NCBI GenBank assembly: GCA_964570525.1
Contig: CAZMYO010000007.1
Coordinates: 1 to 63,917, forward strand
DNA from: an uncultured Gammaproteobacteria bacterium
GTDB lineage: Bacteria; Patescibacteriota; Patescibacteriia; Magasanikbacterales; GWA2-37-8
Direction of reading: 5' to 3'
Length of the DNA stretch: 63,917 nucleotides
The notes below the pieces were generated by a model, which saw only the letters and a list, made by a program, of their open reading frames with translations, had not been told where the DNA came from and did no database searches. Below are positions 22,843 through 32,277 of this stretch, piece after piece (positions within the stretch are counted from its first letter, which is position 1; every line of letters begins with the position of its first letter). Both the position numbers and the translations under genes were made by a program.

Positions 22843-23877
22843 TTACCAATCAAGCGTTCCACCGGTTTTGTATTCGGTAACGCGGGTTTCAAAGAAATTC
22901 TTTTCTTTATTTAGGTCGATGGCCTCGCTCATCCAGGGAAAAGGGTTGGGGGTGTTGTATTGAAGCGGAAGAGCCACGCGCGCCAGGCGCCGGTCGGCAA
23001 TGTACTCAATGTATTTGCGGAAACCGTCGGCGTTCATGCCAAAAATCCCTTTCGGGAAGACCTCGCTCGCAAATTTGGCTTCAAGGTCAACGGCTTGCCG
23101 CACCAGATCAATAGCGTGGGTTTGAAACTCGGGTGTCCAGAGTTCCGGCTGCTCTTCTTTGATAGTGTTGATGATGTTGATGCCAAAATTGAGGTGCTGG
23201 GACTCGTCGCGCATGATGTATTGGATTTGTTCGGCGCTGCCAATCATTTTGTTTTGGCGTTGGAAACCGAACATTACCGCAAACGAGCTGTAGAAGAATA
23301 TCCCTTCAAGCACCAACGAGAACACAATCATGTTTTCCAGGAATTTTTGGTCGTTGGCAAAGCTGCCGGTCTTAAAATCGGGGTTAAAGATTCCTTCGTT
23401 AAAACTCAAGATGAAAGCATCCTTGTCATAAATGGCATCCACCTCGCGGTACATGTTGAAAATTTCGCCTTCATTGAGCCCTAAACTTTCTACAATATAC
23501 TGATAAGAATGGGTGTGAATCGCTTCCTCATAGGCTTGGCGCAAAAGATACATGCGGCATTCCGGGGAAGAGATATGGCGGTACATGGCAAGGACGACGT
23601 TGTTCGCGGCAATAGAATCGGCGGTGGTAAAAAATCCCAAAACCGTTTTAAAGGCCTTGCGCTCGTCTTCGTTTAAAAAGGTGGGTGATTTCCACTGCTC
23701 GATATCTTTCTGCATGCTAACCTCGGTAGGGAGCCAATGGTTGGCGTTGCCGGCGTTGTAGGCGTCCCAAGCAAAGGTGTGGCGCATGGGGTAGAGCTGA
23801 ATCACATCGGCATCAACGCCATTAATGACACGGCGTTTGTTGATGTCAACTTTTTCGGTGGTTTTGGTGATGGGCAT
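22843..23877 (-). CDS. nrdB: ribonucleotide reductase class I beta subunit
   Basis: Ferritin-like di-iron ligand motifs (EEAIHTHSY, RDESQHLNF). It lies directly downstream of nrdA. Confidence 0.92.
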   Translation of the reverse strand: MPITKTTEKVDINKRRVINGVDADVIQLYPMRHTFAWDAYNAGNANHWLPTEVSMQKDIEQWKSPTFLNEDERKAFKTVLGFFTTADSIAANNVVLAMYRHISSPECRMYLLRQAYEEAIHTHSYQYIVESLGLNEGEIFNMYREVDAIYDKDAFILSFNEGIFNPDFKTGSFANDQKFLENMIVFSLVLEGIFFYSSFAVMFGFQRQNKMIGSAEQIQYIMRDESQHLNFGINIINTIKEEQPELWTPEFQTHAIDLVRQAVDLEAKFASEVFPKGIFGMNADGFRKYIEYIADRRLARVALPLQYNTPNPFPWMSEAIDLNKEKNFFETRVTEYKTGGTLDW

Positions 23878-23972
23878 ACGGTGAAGTATTATGAATTAAG
23901 AATTAAGGACGTGATCGAAACAGATTGATCGTGGTGTCGTTCGTTCCATAATTCATTATTCTTTATTCAAAA

Positions 23973-26774
23973 TTACCCTTGGCACGATTCACAGCTGGGG
24001 TCGTTGATAGCGCAGGCTTTTATATTACTCGCCGGAGTAGTCGCTGTGGCGGCGGTGACAAAGGCCTGGGCTGGCGCGTCGAATTTTCTGGTGTGGGTAG
24101 AGCCGTATTCAGCGGTGCTCACAGTGGATTTTTCTACTTGAGAAGCGGCGAGCGAGCGCAGGTAATAGGTGGTCTTGAGGCCCGTCTCCCAGGCGTACAT
24201 ATAAACATCGCTCAACTCTTTACCCGAGGTGCTCTTGAAGTAGATATTAAGAGACTGGCTTTGGTCAATCCATTTGGCGCGATGGGCGGCCGACTTAATG
24301 AGCCAGCGCGGGTTGATTTCAAAAACTTCTTTGTATTTGGCGCGAATGTGTTCGGGGATTTCGGAAATGCCGGCGATGCTTCCATCGTGGTATTTTATTT
24401 TACCGAGCATTTCAAAGTCCCACAGACCAAGGCCTTTAAGATCTTCTACCAAATACGGATTGATGACAATGAAGTCGCCGGCTTGGTTTGATTTTACGTA
24501 GATATTTTTGTAGATCGGTTCGATGGTAGGGATGCAGCCGACAATGTTGGCGGTGGTGGCGGTGGGAGCGATGGCCAAGCAGTTGGAGTTTCTCATGCCA
24601 TATTCTTTGATTGCCGCCCGAACCACGTTCCAATCCAACCTGCTTTCGCGCGAGACATCAATTCTCTCCCCCCGTTCTTGTTCCAAGAGGTCGATGGTAT
24701 CAAGCGGTAAGATTCCCCGGTCCCATTTTGAGCCACGGAAGGTCTGGTAAGCCCCCCGTTCTTTGGCGAGCTCGGTCGAGGCCAAAAGAGCGTAGTAGGA
24801 GACCACCTCCATACTATAGTCGGCAAAATGTACGCATTCGTCGGAATCAAAATTGACACCCAAAGCATACAGAGCATCTTGGAAGCCGCGGATACCAAGC
24901 CCGACCGGCCGGTGGCGCAGGTTGGAGCGGCGGGCATCAGCGGTGGGATAATAGTTAATATCAATCACGTTGTCGAGCAGGCGCATGGCAACAGCGACAA
25001 CCTCGGCCACCAAAGCGACATCAAATTGCTGGTTCGTAATAAATTTGGCGAAGTTAAGCGACCCCAAGTTACAGACCGCGGTTTCTTCTTCGGAAGTGTT
25101 CAGGGTAATTTCGGTGCACAGATTGGAATTATGAATAACCCCCACGTGATCTTGCGGAGAGCGGATGTTGGACGGGTCTTTGAAAGTAATCCAGGGGTGG
25201 CCGGTTTCAAAAAGCATGGCCAGCATTTTTTTCCAGAGATCCCGCGCCCTCATTTTTTTGAAAAGCGCGATTTTGCCCTCGGCGGCCAGCCGCTCATAGC
25301 GGTTGTAACGCTCCTCAAACTTTTTACCGTAAATATGGTGCAGGTCCGGAACTTCTTCCGGTGAAAAGAGCGTCCAATCGCCGTCTTCCCGAACCCGTTT
25401 CATAAACAAGTCGGGGATCCAGTTGGCGGTATCCATGTCATGAGTGCGGCGGCGCTCATCGCCAGTATTTTTGCGGAGCTCGAGAAAAGATTCGATATCG
25501 TAATGCCAGGTCTCCAGGTAAACACAAGCGGCTCCACGGCGACGGCCGCTTCGGTTGATGGCCACCGTAACGTCATTGGCAATTTTTAGGAATGGGATAA
25601 CGCCCTGGCTCTCGACGCCCGTACCCTGAATGAACGCTCCGGTACCGCGGATGTTAGTCCAGTCGGTGCCGATTCCTCCCGACCACTTGGATAGCTGGGC
25701 GTTGTCGGAGTAGGTTTTAAAGATGTTGTCTAAGGAATCGGAAACAGTGTTAAGGTAGCAGGAACTTAATTGGGGTTTAGGGGTGCCCGCGTGAAACAAG
25801 GTGGGAGTCGAAGGGGTGTAGAGCATCTTGGACATGATTTCGTAGAACTTTATGGTGTATTCGAGCCGGTTCTGTTTTTCGTCAATGGCCGTGCCCATGG
25901 CGATGCGCATCCAGAAAGCCTGGGGTGTTTCCAAGACTTGTTTAGTAGCGTAATCGGCTACAAAATAGCGATCGTATACCGTTTGGAGGCCCAAATATAT
26001 GAATAAGTCATCGCGTTCAATAACCAACGCTTGGCTAAGCCTTTCCAAATCAAAAGCCAGGAGCTTTGGGTCAAGCCGATTTATTTCTACGCCGCGCTTA
26101 ATGTTTTTGATGAAGGCTTCGCGATATTGTTTATCAAGTTCGGAGAAGCTTATGCGGTCTGGGCCGATTGCTTCGGTATAGTTAATATTAAGAAGAAGCC
26201 GAGCGGCTACCCTGGAGTAGGCCGGGTCCTGTTCAATCATGGCGCGGGTGGTGAGAATGAGGGCGCGGGCGATGTCGGTGGTTTTAATGCCCTCATAGAG
26301 CTCGGAACGGCACTGGGTGAGAATCGCTTCGCTATCAACACTCGCTTCGAGCCCGCGGACGGCAAAGCCGAGAGACTTTCTAAGCTTGTCCATAGAGAAG
26401 TTCTCGGTTTTTCCCGACCGCTTTATTACCGAGAGATCGTTTTTTTCAATTTTTTCTTGAATTTCTTTCTTTTTTTCTTCGCGCACTTTAGTATGTTCGT
26501 AGCGATAAAGGATGTAGGCTTTGGCGACATCAAAAAACCCCCCTTGCATGAGTTCCCGCTCCACAAAATCCTGAACGTTTTCTACCGCCGGTATATTCTC
26601 ATAAAAAAAACTTTCTAAATTTTTTATTACTCGTTCGGTTAACAGCGTAATTTTTTCAACGTCGGCGCTGCCGCGAGTTTCTTGAAAAGCTTTGTGTATG
26701 GCCAGGCTAATTTTATCTGGAGTAAAGTCAACGAGACTGCCGTTGCGCTTTTTAATTTTTTGAATGATTGCCAT
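23973..26774 (-). CDS. nrdA: ribonucleotide reductase class I alpha subunit
   Basis: N-terminal ATP-cone (IKKRNGSLVDF), active-site NSNLCTEI and a C-terminal Cys pair (CESC). Confidence 0.95.
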   Translation of the reverse strand: MAIIQKIKKRNGSLVDFTPDKISLAIHKAFQETRGSADVEKITLLTERVIKNLESFFYENIPAVENVQDFVERELMQGGFFDVAKAYILYRYEHTKVREEKKKEIQEKIEKNDLSVIKRSGKTENFSMDKLRKSLGFAVRGLEASVDSEAILTQCRSELYEGIKTTDIARALILTTRAMIEQDPAYSRVAARLLLNINYTEAIGPDRISFSELDKQYREAFIKNIKRGVEINRLDPKLLAFDLERLSQALVIERDDLFIYLGLQTVYDRYFVADYATKQVLETPQAFWMRIAMGTAIDEKQNRLEYTIKFYEIMSKMLYTPSTPTLFHAGTPKPQLSSCYLNTVSDSLDNIFKTYSDNAQLSKWSGGIGTDWTNIRGTGAFIQGTGVESQGVIPFLKIANDVTVAINRSGRRRGAACVYLETWHYDIESFLELRKNTGDERRRTHDMDTANWIPDLFMKRVREDGDWTLFSPEEVPDLHHIYGKKFEERYNRYERLAAEGKIALFKKMRARDLWKKMLAMLFETGHPWITFKDPSNIRSPQDHVGVIHNSNLCTEITLNTSEEETAVCNLGSLNFAKFITNQQFDVALVAEVVAVAMRLLDNVIDINYYPTADARRSNLRHRPVGLGIRGFQDALYALGVNFDSDECVHFADYSMEVVSYYALLASTELAKERGAYQTFRGSKWDRGILPLDTIDLLEQERGERIDVSRESRLDWNVVRAAIKEYGMRNSNCLAIAPTATTANIVGCIPTIEPIYKNIYVKSNQAGDFIVINPYLVEDLKGLGLWDFEMLGKIKYHDGSIAGISEIPEHIRAKYKEVFEINPRWLIKSAAHRAKWIDQSQSLNIYFKSTSGKELSDVYMYAWETGLKTTYYLRSLAASQVEKSTVSTAEYGSTHTRKFDAPAQAFVTAATATTPASNIKACAINDPSCESCQG

Positions 26775-26836
26775 ACAGTAATAAAAATTATAAATAGTGA
26801 TTTTGTTTCTTATTATTCAACCCTAGTAATTATAGC

Positions 26837-26884
26837 ACACACTATGGGTAGTGGTCTACCTGTGGATAACATACTACCCGTGTG
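26837..26884. promoter_or_regulatory. nrdAB upstream control region: perfect DnaA box flanked by an imperfect inverted repeat / NrdR-box-like site
   Basis: tgtggataa at 26861-26869 is the reverse complement of TTATCCACA. acactatgggtagtgg (26839-26854) matches about 12 of 16 positions of the NrdR-box consensus acaCwAtATaTwGtgt as I recall it. The arm cacac..gggtag is repeated inverted at 26874-26884. Confidence 0.45.
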
Positions 26885-26941
26885 ATTTTATGCCAGCAAG
26901 CTAAAAACGCCCCGATAGCCATCGGAGCGCCTTGTTTTTAA

Positions 26942-27646
26942 TCATTTTCCTAGGCGGCGTTCGGTTTTTTCAAAGTTTTTGAGGGCGGAGGCAAACTCTG
27001 TCTCGGAAAAATCCGGCCAGAGGTTGGGGCTAAAGTAGAGCTGGGCGTTGGCGGTATCCCACATCATGAATCCGGTAGAGAGATGCGACTCGTTGCCGGT
27101 TCTAATTACCAAATCAACTGGCGGCAAGTCCTTGGTGTACAGATTATCCTTAATAAGAGCTTCGGTAACTTCTGTTTTAGGACTTTCTTTTGCCAGACGG
27201 ACCATTTTTTTCACGGCCGAGGCCATTTCTTCGGTGCCATTGTAGGCCAGGAGAATAGTAAGCGTGTGTTTTTTATAGTTTTTGGTCGCGGCTGCAGCAA
27301 GTTTAATAGCTTCCCGGCATTCTTTAGGAAAATAACGCGGCCAGAGCCCCAGAACTTGGATTTTGACTTGATTTTGGTGGACAAGTTTTGCTTTAGCGAT
27401 TTTTTTAAAGTACAAGGTAAACAGTTTAAACAAAAAATTGATTTCCAGGGGCTCGCGTTTGGTTACGTTGTTTATGGAAGCGCCCCAAAAGGTAAGATAG
27501 GGAACCCCGAGTTTTATGGCCGCGGTTAAAATTTTTTCAGTAGTTTTTGCTCCGGCGCGATGGCCAAAAAAAGAGGGCAAGTTTTTTTTCTTTGCCCAGC
27601 GGCGGTTGCCGTCGGGGATAATGGCGATGTGGGTGGGGAGGGACAT
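26942..27646 (-). CDS. uppS: isoprenyl transferase (undecaprenyl diphosphate synthase family)
   Basis: HIAIIPDGNRRWAKK and RTGNESHLSTGFMMWDTANAQLYF motifs. ATG at 27646 was chosen because the track ORF extends into the tRNA-Ala gene. Confidence 0.9.
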   Translation of the reverse strand: MSLPTHIAIIPDGNRRWAKKKNLPSFFGHRAGAKTTEKILTAAIKLGVPYLTFWGASINNVTKREPLEINFLFKLFTLYFKKIAKAKLVHQNQVKIQVLGLWPRYFPKECREAIKLAAAATKNYKKHTLTILLAYNGTEEMASAVKKMVRLAKESPKTEVTEALIKDNLYTKDLPPVDLVIRTGNESHLSTGFMMWDTANAQLYFSPNLWPDFSETEFASALKNFEKTERRLGK

Positions 27647-27653
27647 AGAGTTG

Positions 27654-27726
27654 TGGACCGATGGGGATTCGAACCCCAGACCCCCGCGTTGCAAACGCGG
27701 TGCTCTACCAGCTGAGCTATCGGCCC
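27654..27726 (-). tRNA. tRNA-Ala (anticodon TGC)
   Basis: Acceptor GGGCCGA/TCGGTCC with G3:U70, anticodon arm CCGCG-TTTGCAA-CGCGG and T-arm CTGGGG?TTCGAATCCCC. 73 nt. Confidence 0.88.
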
Positions 27727-27729
27727 GTA

Positions 27730-27767
27730 ATAAGTCAAAAGTCTGTAAAGTCGAAAGTCCGTAAAGC
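27730..27767. repeat. AAAGTC short-repeat array
   Basis: taagtcaaaagtctgtaaagtcgaaagtccgtaaagcgg. Confidence 0.75.
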
Positions 27768-27830
27768 GGTGTGATTTACAGTCATAAGAATATACCACAA
27801 TTCACAGGTAAGTCAATGAATGATATACTA

Positions 27831-27868
27831 TGAAAGTCGAAAGTCTATAAAGTCTTAAAGTTAAAAGG
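27831..27868. repeat. AAAGTC short-repeat array
   Basis: tgaaagtcgaaagtctataaagtcttaaagttaaaagg, directly upstream of mgtC. Confidence 0.75.
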
Positions 27869-27876
27869 TAAAATGT

Positions 27877-28317
27877 ATGACCGAGCTTTATTTTTTGGGA
27901 CAATTGGTTCTGGCTGTTTTTTTGGGAGCCATTTTGGGGTGGCAGCGGGTGAGCCGAGGTAAGCCGGCCGGCCCGCGCACCTATGCCCTGGTTACCGCCG
28001 GAGCCGCGTTATTTACGATTCTTTCCGTCTCGGCGTTTAGTCTAAGCGACCCTTCTCGGGTGGCTTCGCAAATTGTGGTGGGAATCGGTTTTTTGGGAGC
28101 GGGAATTATTTTTAAAAAAGACAACCACACCGAAGGCCTCACAACTGCGGCCGGGCTTTGGATAACTGCCGCCATTGGAATGGCAGTGGGAGTGCACTAC
28201 TATCTTTTGGCTGGAGGAACCACGCTTATTATTTTTATTTTATTGACTCTTAACGACCAACGCTTTAAGAAGAGCAATGTGGTGCCGCCAGAAGATAGCG
28301 ACCAGACAGATCGGTAG
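27877..28317 (+). CDS. mgtC: MgtC/SapB family membrane protein
   Basis: 146 aa with four hydrophobic helices and LTTAAGLWITAAIGMAVG, typical of the family. Confidence 0.8.
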   Translation: MTELYFLGQLVLAVFLGAILGWQRVSRGKPAGPRTYALVTAGAALFTILSVSAFSLSDPSRVASQIVVGIGFLGAGIIFKKDNHTEGLTTAAGLWITAAIGMAVGVHYYLLAGGTTLIIFILLTLNDQRFKKSNVVPPEDSDQTDR

Positions 28318-28326
28318 GTTTCCCCC

Positions 28327-29682
28327 TCAAGGGTGGATTTGATCAGTCCCGAGCGGGCTGGTTTTTTCTTTGCGCGCGATGAGTACAAGCGCCGCGAGAA
28401 TCCACCAGAGCATTGCCAAATCGTTTTTAAAATACGGCACGTCAACTAGTCCGTGGATAATGATTGCGGTAAAAGCGGCGATGAGTCCCGCGCCGAGAAT
28501 TTTATTTTGGTGTCGGTAGATTTTGTAAGCAGTAAGCGCTAGGCAGTAAGCAATAAGCGTGAACGAGAGCATGCCGGCGAGGCCGGTTTCCGTCCAAAAG
28601 TTTAGGAAAATATTGTGCGGGTAGATGAGGCGCTCCAATTCCTTAACATTATAAAAAGGTTTTTGCACTTTGCGGAAAAATTGTCGAATACCCGTTCCCA
28701 AAATAAAATTTTTGGGTGAGGAAACAAGATAGGTCCCAGTATACGACCACAGAGCAAGGCGGTTAGCGCCAGATTGGTTTTTAGCGGTAAGAAGTTGTTG
28801 GGCCAGGGGTGTTAAGGAAAACAGAAGACAAAGAACCGTGAAGCCGCCAACGATTTTTTTATAACCAAGCAACCATCCAAATACCAACATCCCCGCGCCA
28901 ACACCAACCCAGGCCCCGATTGAACGGGAAAGAAGCAGGGTGATAAAGGAGAAGGTGAAGATGAGGCCAAGAATAATTTTTTTGTTTCGGTTATGCTCCC
29001 AGAGCAACAGATAGGCTATTAAGGGAACGATGGGTCCGAGGTAGAGCCCGACTGCGTTTGGCGAAAGAAAAAACGAGGTTACACGTCCGGTTTGAAGAGC
29101 CGTCCAATCAACATTGCCAATGTGCCAGCCGGTAAAGTGCTGGACGATGCCAAATAGCGAGATGCTGAACGTAGAAAGAGCGAGGAACCAGATGAGGTCG
29201 GAGACACTTAAATCCCTCCTAGTAAGGAGGGTGGGGAGGTGTTGGCTAACGCGTGTCGAACACACCCCCACCCTTCTTTCTAGAGGGGAATTTGTTCGGC
29301 CAAGCAACAGCACAAACACCGCCATCGGTTCTAAGAAGTAGGCTCGCCACTGGCCAAGTGACGCGTACCACATGTCGCTCACGAAGATGCTTGCGATTGA
29401 CGCGAGAAAAAACAAAAAACAAAAAACAAAAAAAACTTTGTTGTTGGAGATCAGGTATCGTATGGCGGGCCAGTCGGAGCGGGCGAATTTTATAAGCCAG
29501 ACGAGAAATAAAATTCCGAAAGAGACTTCAAGGAGAGTGGTGGGTAGCGCTCCGACACTGAAGCGGATTAGGTAGGTTGGGAGGGAAATAATAAAAAGTC
29601 CGACGGCAAAACGGAAGCTGTGCCAGGTCAGAGCAATAAGCAATAAGCAATAAGCAATAAGCAACGGGTAGAGAAGCGGCAT
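28327..29682 (-). CDS. O-antigen ligase (Wzy_C) family polytopic membrane protein
   Basis: 451 aa with ~11 hydrophobic helices and a large loop region. It contains an in-frame palindromic-repeat insert. Confidence 0.6.
   Translation of the reverse strand: MPLLYPLLIAYCLLLIALTWHSFRFAVGLFIISLPTYLIRFSVGALPTTLLEVSFGILFLVWLIKFARSDWPAIRYLISNNKVFFVFCFLFFLASIASIFVSDMWYASLGQWRAYFLEPMAVFVLLLGRTNSPLERRVGVCSTRVSQHLPTLLTRRDLSVSDLIWFLALSTFSISLFGIVQHFTGWHIGNVDWTALQTGRVTSFFLSPNAVGLYLGPIVPLIAYLLLWEHNRNKKIILGLIFTFSFITLLLSRSIGAWVGVGAGMLVFGWLLGYKKIVGGFTVLCLLFSLTPLAQQLLTAKNQSGANRLALWSYTGTYLVSSPKNFILGTGIRQFFRKVQKPFYNVKELERLIYPHNIFLNFWTETGLAGMLSFTLIAYCLALTAYKIYRHQNKILGAGLIAAFTAIIIHGLVDVPYFKNDLAMLWWILAALVLIARKEKTSPLGTDQIHP
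29205..29295. repeat. composite palindromic element inserted in frame in the O-antigen-ligase-like gene
   Basis: ccctcctagtaaggaggg hairpin followed by cgaacacacccccacccttctttctagaggggaatttg (copy 2 of the 2717/49737 element). It is translated as NSPLERRVGVCSTRVSQHLPTLLTRRDLS. Confidence 0.8.
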
Positions 29683-29744
29683 GTATTATGTATTATGTAT
29701 GTTGGCGGGATGGTTCACGATATTTAATACTTGATACATAATAC

Positions 29745-30293
29745 TTACCACTTAAATTCCCCGCGTTTCAACATCTCATTGAAGCGGATAATATCGTAGG
29801 AGATGAATTCGTTTTCAATGGTTCCATCAAGCGCCATTTCGACTGCTTTAGGAAGAGAGACAAAAACCGACTCAATGTCTTCGCCGCGGTCTTTGGGGAG
29901 AGGGCTCCAGAAAAGTTTTTTTGCGGCAAATAAATAGATCTCCCAAATGAGGGTGCTGGCCGGGGATTTTTTGCGAACCAACTTGATGGTTTTAGCCGAA
30001 TAGCCGGTTTCTTCACGCAGTTCGCGAAGGGCGGCTTTCTTTGGGGTGTCGCCGGGATGGTCCATCCGACCGCCGGGTAAGAACCAGACATTATATTTGT
30101 AGCCTGGGCGGCGCTCTTTAATCATTAAGAGTTCAGCGCGGTCGTTAAAAGCCAGGGTGCTGACGCTGGCTGGCCGTTCGCAGTATTCAAATACCGTGGC
30201 AGTGCCATTTGGCAATATTACGTCGCGTTGCTGTATGTTAAAAATTTTTCCCCGATAGGCGGTCGTAAGTCTGCCGAGTTTGATTTTTTTCAT
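29745..30293 (-). CDS. NUDIX hydrolase (ADP-ribose pyrophosphatase-like)
   Basis: Nudix box GGRMDHPGDTPKKAALRELREETGY. ATG at 30293 (MKKIKLGRL) is preferred. The alternative start is 30350. Confidence 0.85.
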   Translation of the reverse strand: MKKIKLGRLTTAYRGKIFNIQQRDVILPNGTATVFEYCERPASVSTLAFNDRAELLMIKERRPGYKYNVWFLPGGRMDHPGDTPKKAALRELREETGYSAKTIKLVRKKSPASTLIWEIYLFAAKKLFWSPLPKDRGEDIESVFVSLPKAVEMALDGTIENEFISYDIIRFNEMLKRGEFKW

Positions 30294-30321
30294 AGGTGAG
30301 TCAAAATGGCGGGGGTTATTT

Positions 30322-30522
30322 TCAGCCACCCCCGGGGCTACGTAGTCCATCTTTAATTCTTTGCCAGTCTCGGCGCGAGAGGCGGACGATTTGTTCGCGC
30401 CGGCAAAGAGAGCAGCGGATTGGCACTTCCAGGTGATTTTCCGAAGGCGCCTCTGGCAGTATTCCGTTAAAAGTTCTGGTCGCGCAGCATCCCGGGCAGT
30501 AGGAGCTCATGTTGAAGTTCAT
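30322..30522 (-). CDS. hypothetical zinc-ribbon protein (66 aa, GC-rich orphan)
   Basis: ATG at 30522 follows GGGGGG. Cys pairs are CPGCC and CSLC. Confidence 0.5.
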   Translation of the reverse strand: MNFNMSSYCPGCCATRTFNGILPEAPSENHLEVPIRCSLCRREQIVRLSRRDWQRIKDGLRSPGGG

Positions 30523-30642
30523 GGTCCCCCCTTTTTGACCGCTCAATCATGGTCGTTTAGAAGCTCTTGTTTAAAAGATGTGGGCAGCATTACCCACGCT
30601 TACTACAGTATCACAGACCAGCGCTCGTAGCCAGCTTGATTT

Positions 30643-31248
30643 TTATTTTTTTAAAGCTATTTTTTTGATAACGAAACCCGCGGTCAAAACCAGGGCCATA
30701 ATGACGGCCACAATTTCAATTTTTTTTATCCAAAATTGTATCCCGTCCCACACCTGTCCGAAAAAATAACCCAGCGTCAGATATACCGCCGCGCTCACAA
30801 AAGCGCCCAGGATATTAAAGAAGAAGAATTTTTTTGAGGACATTTTGGAAAGCCCGGCGATGACGGGAACAATCGGACGAATTGGCCCAATGAAACGAGC
30901 CAGAATAACGCTTTTGTCTCCATGTTGGTGAAAAAACTCTTCACCTTTTTTTAAGTATTCAAGTTTAAATATTTTATGATCTTCTCGGAACCAAGCCGCC
31001 CCCCGTTTTCCTAACAAGAAACTAAGGGTGTCGCCAATTATTCCACCCAAGGCCGCGACCCACAGCGCGTCGCCCGGATCAAGTATTTTTTGTGAAACCA
31101 AGAAACCGGTAAAAATAAGCACCGTCGTGCCAGGGACGGCGAGGCCGATGAAGGCGATTGATTCTAAAATACAAATAAATAAAATAAGCCAGTATATCCA
31201 CCGACCCCAGTGTTCAATCGTGGGGAGAAAATGGTTTAAAAATTCCAC
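30643..31248 (-). CDS. DedA family membrane protein
   Basis: GLAVPGTTVLIFTGFLV and ILARFIGPIRPIVPVIAGLSKM motifs. Confidence 0.85.
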   Translation of the reverse strand: MEFLNHFLPTIEHWGRWIYWLILFICILESIAFIGLAVPGTTVLIFTGFLVSQKILDPGDALWVAALGGIIGDTLSFLLGKRGAAWFREDHKIFKLEYLKKGEEFFHQHGDKSVILARFIGPIRPIVPVIAGLSKMSSKKFFFFNILGAFVSAAVYLTLGYFFGQVWDGIQFWIKKIEIVAVIMALVLTAGFVIKKIALKK

Positions 31249-31277
31249 ATTCAGTTGGTTTATTGTGTTATGAATAG

Positions 31278-31730
31278 TTACTTAGAAGATTCAAACGGTT
31301 GGAGCTTGGCGGCAATGCCAAAGGCCAAAGCAATGATGGCTAAATTTTTGATGATGTATTGTCCTTCTAGAGTAGGAACGAAAAGTCCTTGCCAGGTAAT
31401 GGAGGTAAGGAGAACGAGCGGTAAGAAAGTGGTAACCATATGCGGAACAAGCAAAGCGATTGCCACCCGTTCAGCCCGCGGTACCAGAAATAACACACCG
31501 ATAAGCATCTCATAGATACCGAACACAATAATAAAAGCATGAAAGGTAATAAAAGGCAGAGTTTTTGTGAGCAGGCCCTCAACCAGCGGATTGGCCGGGC
31601 TCACCAAAAAAAGTTTTAGCGCGCCGAACCAAAAAAAGACCACAAAAAGGGCGACGCGCGCCAAGGGACGGCTGTATTTTTTGAGAAAACGAATAATGGA
31701 GTAGTCCATTTTACCGAGCGAGGATGTCAT
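31278..31730 (-). CDS. small polytopic membrane protein (DUF417/YkgB- or DoxX-like)
   Basis: 150 aa with four hydrophobic helices. The assignment is by general resemblance only. Confidence 0.5.
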   Translation of the reverse strand: MTSSLGKMDYSIIRFLKKYSRPLARVALFVVFFWFGALKLFLVSPANPLVEGLLTKTLPFITFHAFIIVFGIYEMLIGVLFLVPRAERVAIALLVPHMVTTFLPLVLLTSITWQGLFVPTLEGQYIIKNLAIIALAFGIAAKLQPFESSK

Positions 31731-31761
31731 ATGATTATTATTTATTTTTAACGAGCCACCC

Positions 31762-32163
31762 TCATTCTCTTTTTAGTTTAAGAGAAGCGGAGTTGATGCA
31801 AAAGCGCTGGCCGGTAGGCTTGGGACCGTCTGGAAAAACATGGCCCAGGTGAGCGCCGCAGCGGCGGCAGACTACTTCGGTGCGTTCCATACCGAGAGTA
31901 TTATCGGGAACTGTTTCGATGGTATCGTTGTTCACGGGCTCAAAAAAACTCGGCCAGCCGCACCCGGCATCGTATTTGGCGTCGGATAAAAACAACTCCT
32001 GGCCGCAGTTGGAACAGGTATAGGCGCCCTTATCGGTCGTGTCCCAGTATTTGCCCGTGAAAGCAGGCTCGGTGCCTTTCTCCCTGGTAACGTGGTAGGT
32101 CTCGGGGTCTAGTTCCTTTTTCCATTCCTCGTTGGTTTTGGTAATTTTGTCGGGCTGGTTCAT
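31762..32163 (-). CDS. msrB: peptide-methionine (R)-S-oxide reductase
   Basis: Two CxxC zinc pairs (CSNCG, CRRCG) plus GWPSF and RFCINS catalytic motifs. Confidence 0.93.
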   Translation of the reverse strand: MNQPDKITKTNEEWKKELDPETYHVTREKGTEPAFTGKYWDTTDKGAYTCSNCGQELFLSDAKYDAGCGWPSFFEPVNNDTIETVPDNTLGMERTEVVCRRCGAHLGHVFPDGPKPTGQRFCINSASLKLKRE

Positions 32164-32203
32164 ACGGCAATCTTATCAGATTTTTATCTCTCGTGGCAAA
32201 TTT

Positions 32204-32245
32204 AAAAAGAAAAACCCCACGGCCAAACACAAGGTTTAGGTGGGG
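32204..32245 (-). terminator. rho-independent terminator after the 54-aa Cys-rich ORF
   Basis: On the minus strand, CCCCAC..GTGGGG stem followed by TTTTTCTTTTT. Confidence 0.6.
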
Positions 32246-32277
32246 GTGAGGAGGGGATTGGCTTCGTCTTAAGAAAT

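Noticed and set aside
27647-27694. N-terminal extension of the uppS track ORF
   Set aside because: It overlaps the tRNA-Ala-TGC gene. The conserved UPP synthase N-terminus starts at MSLPTHIAIIPDGNRRW.
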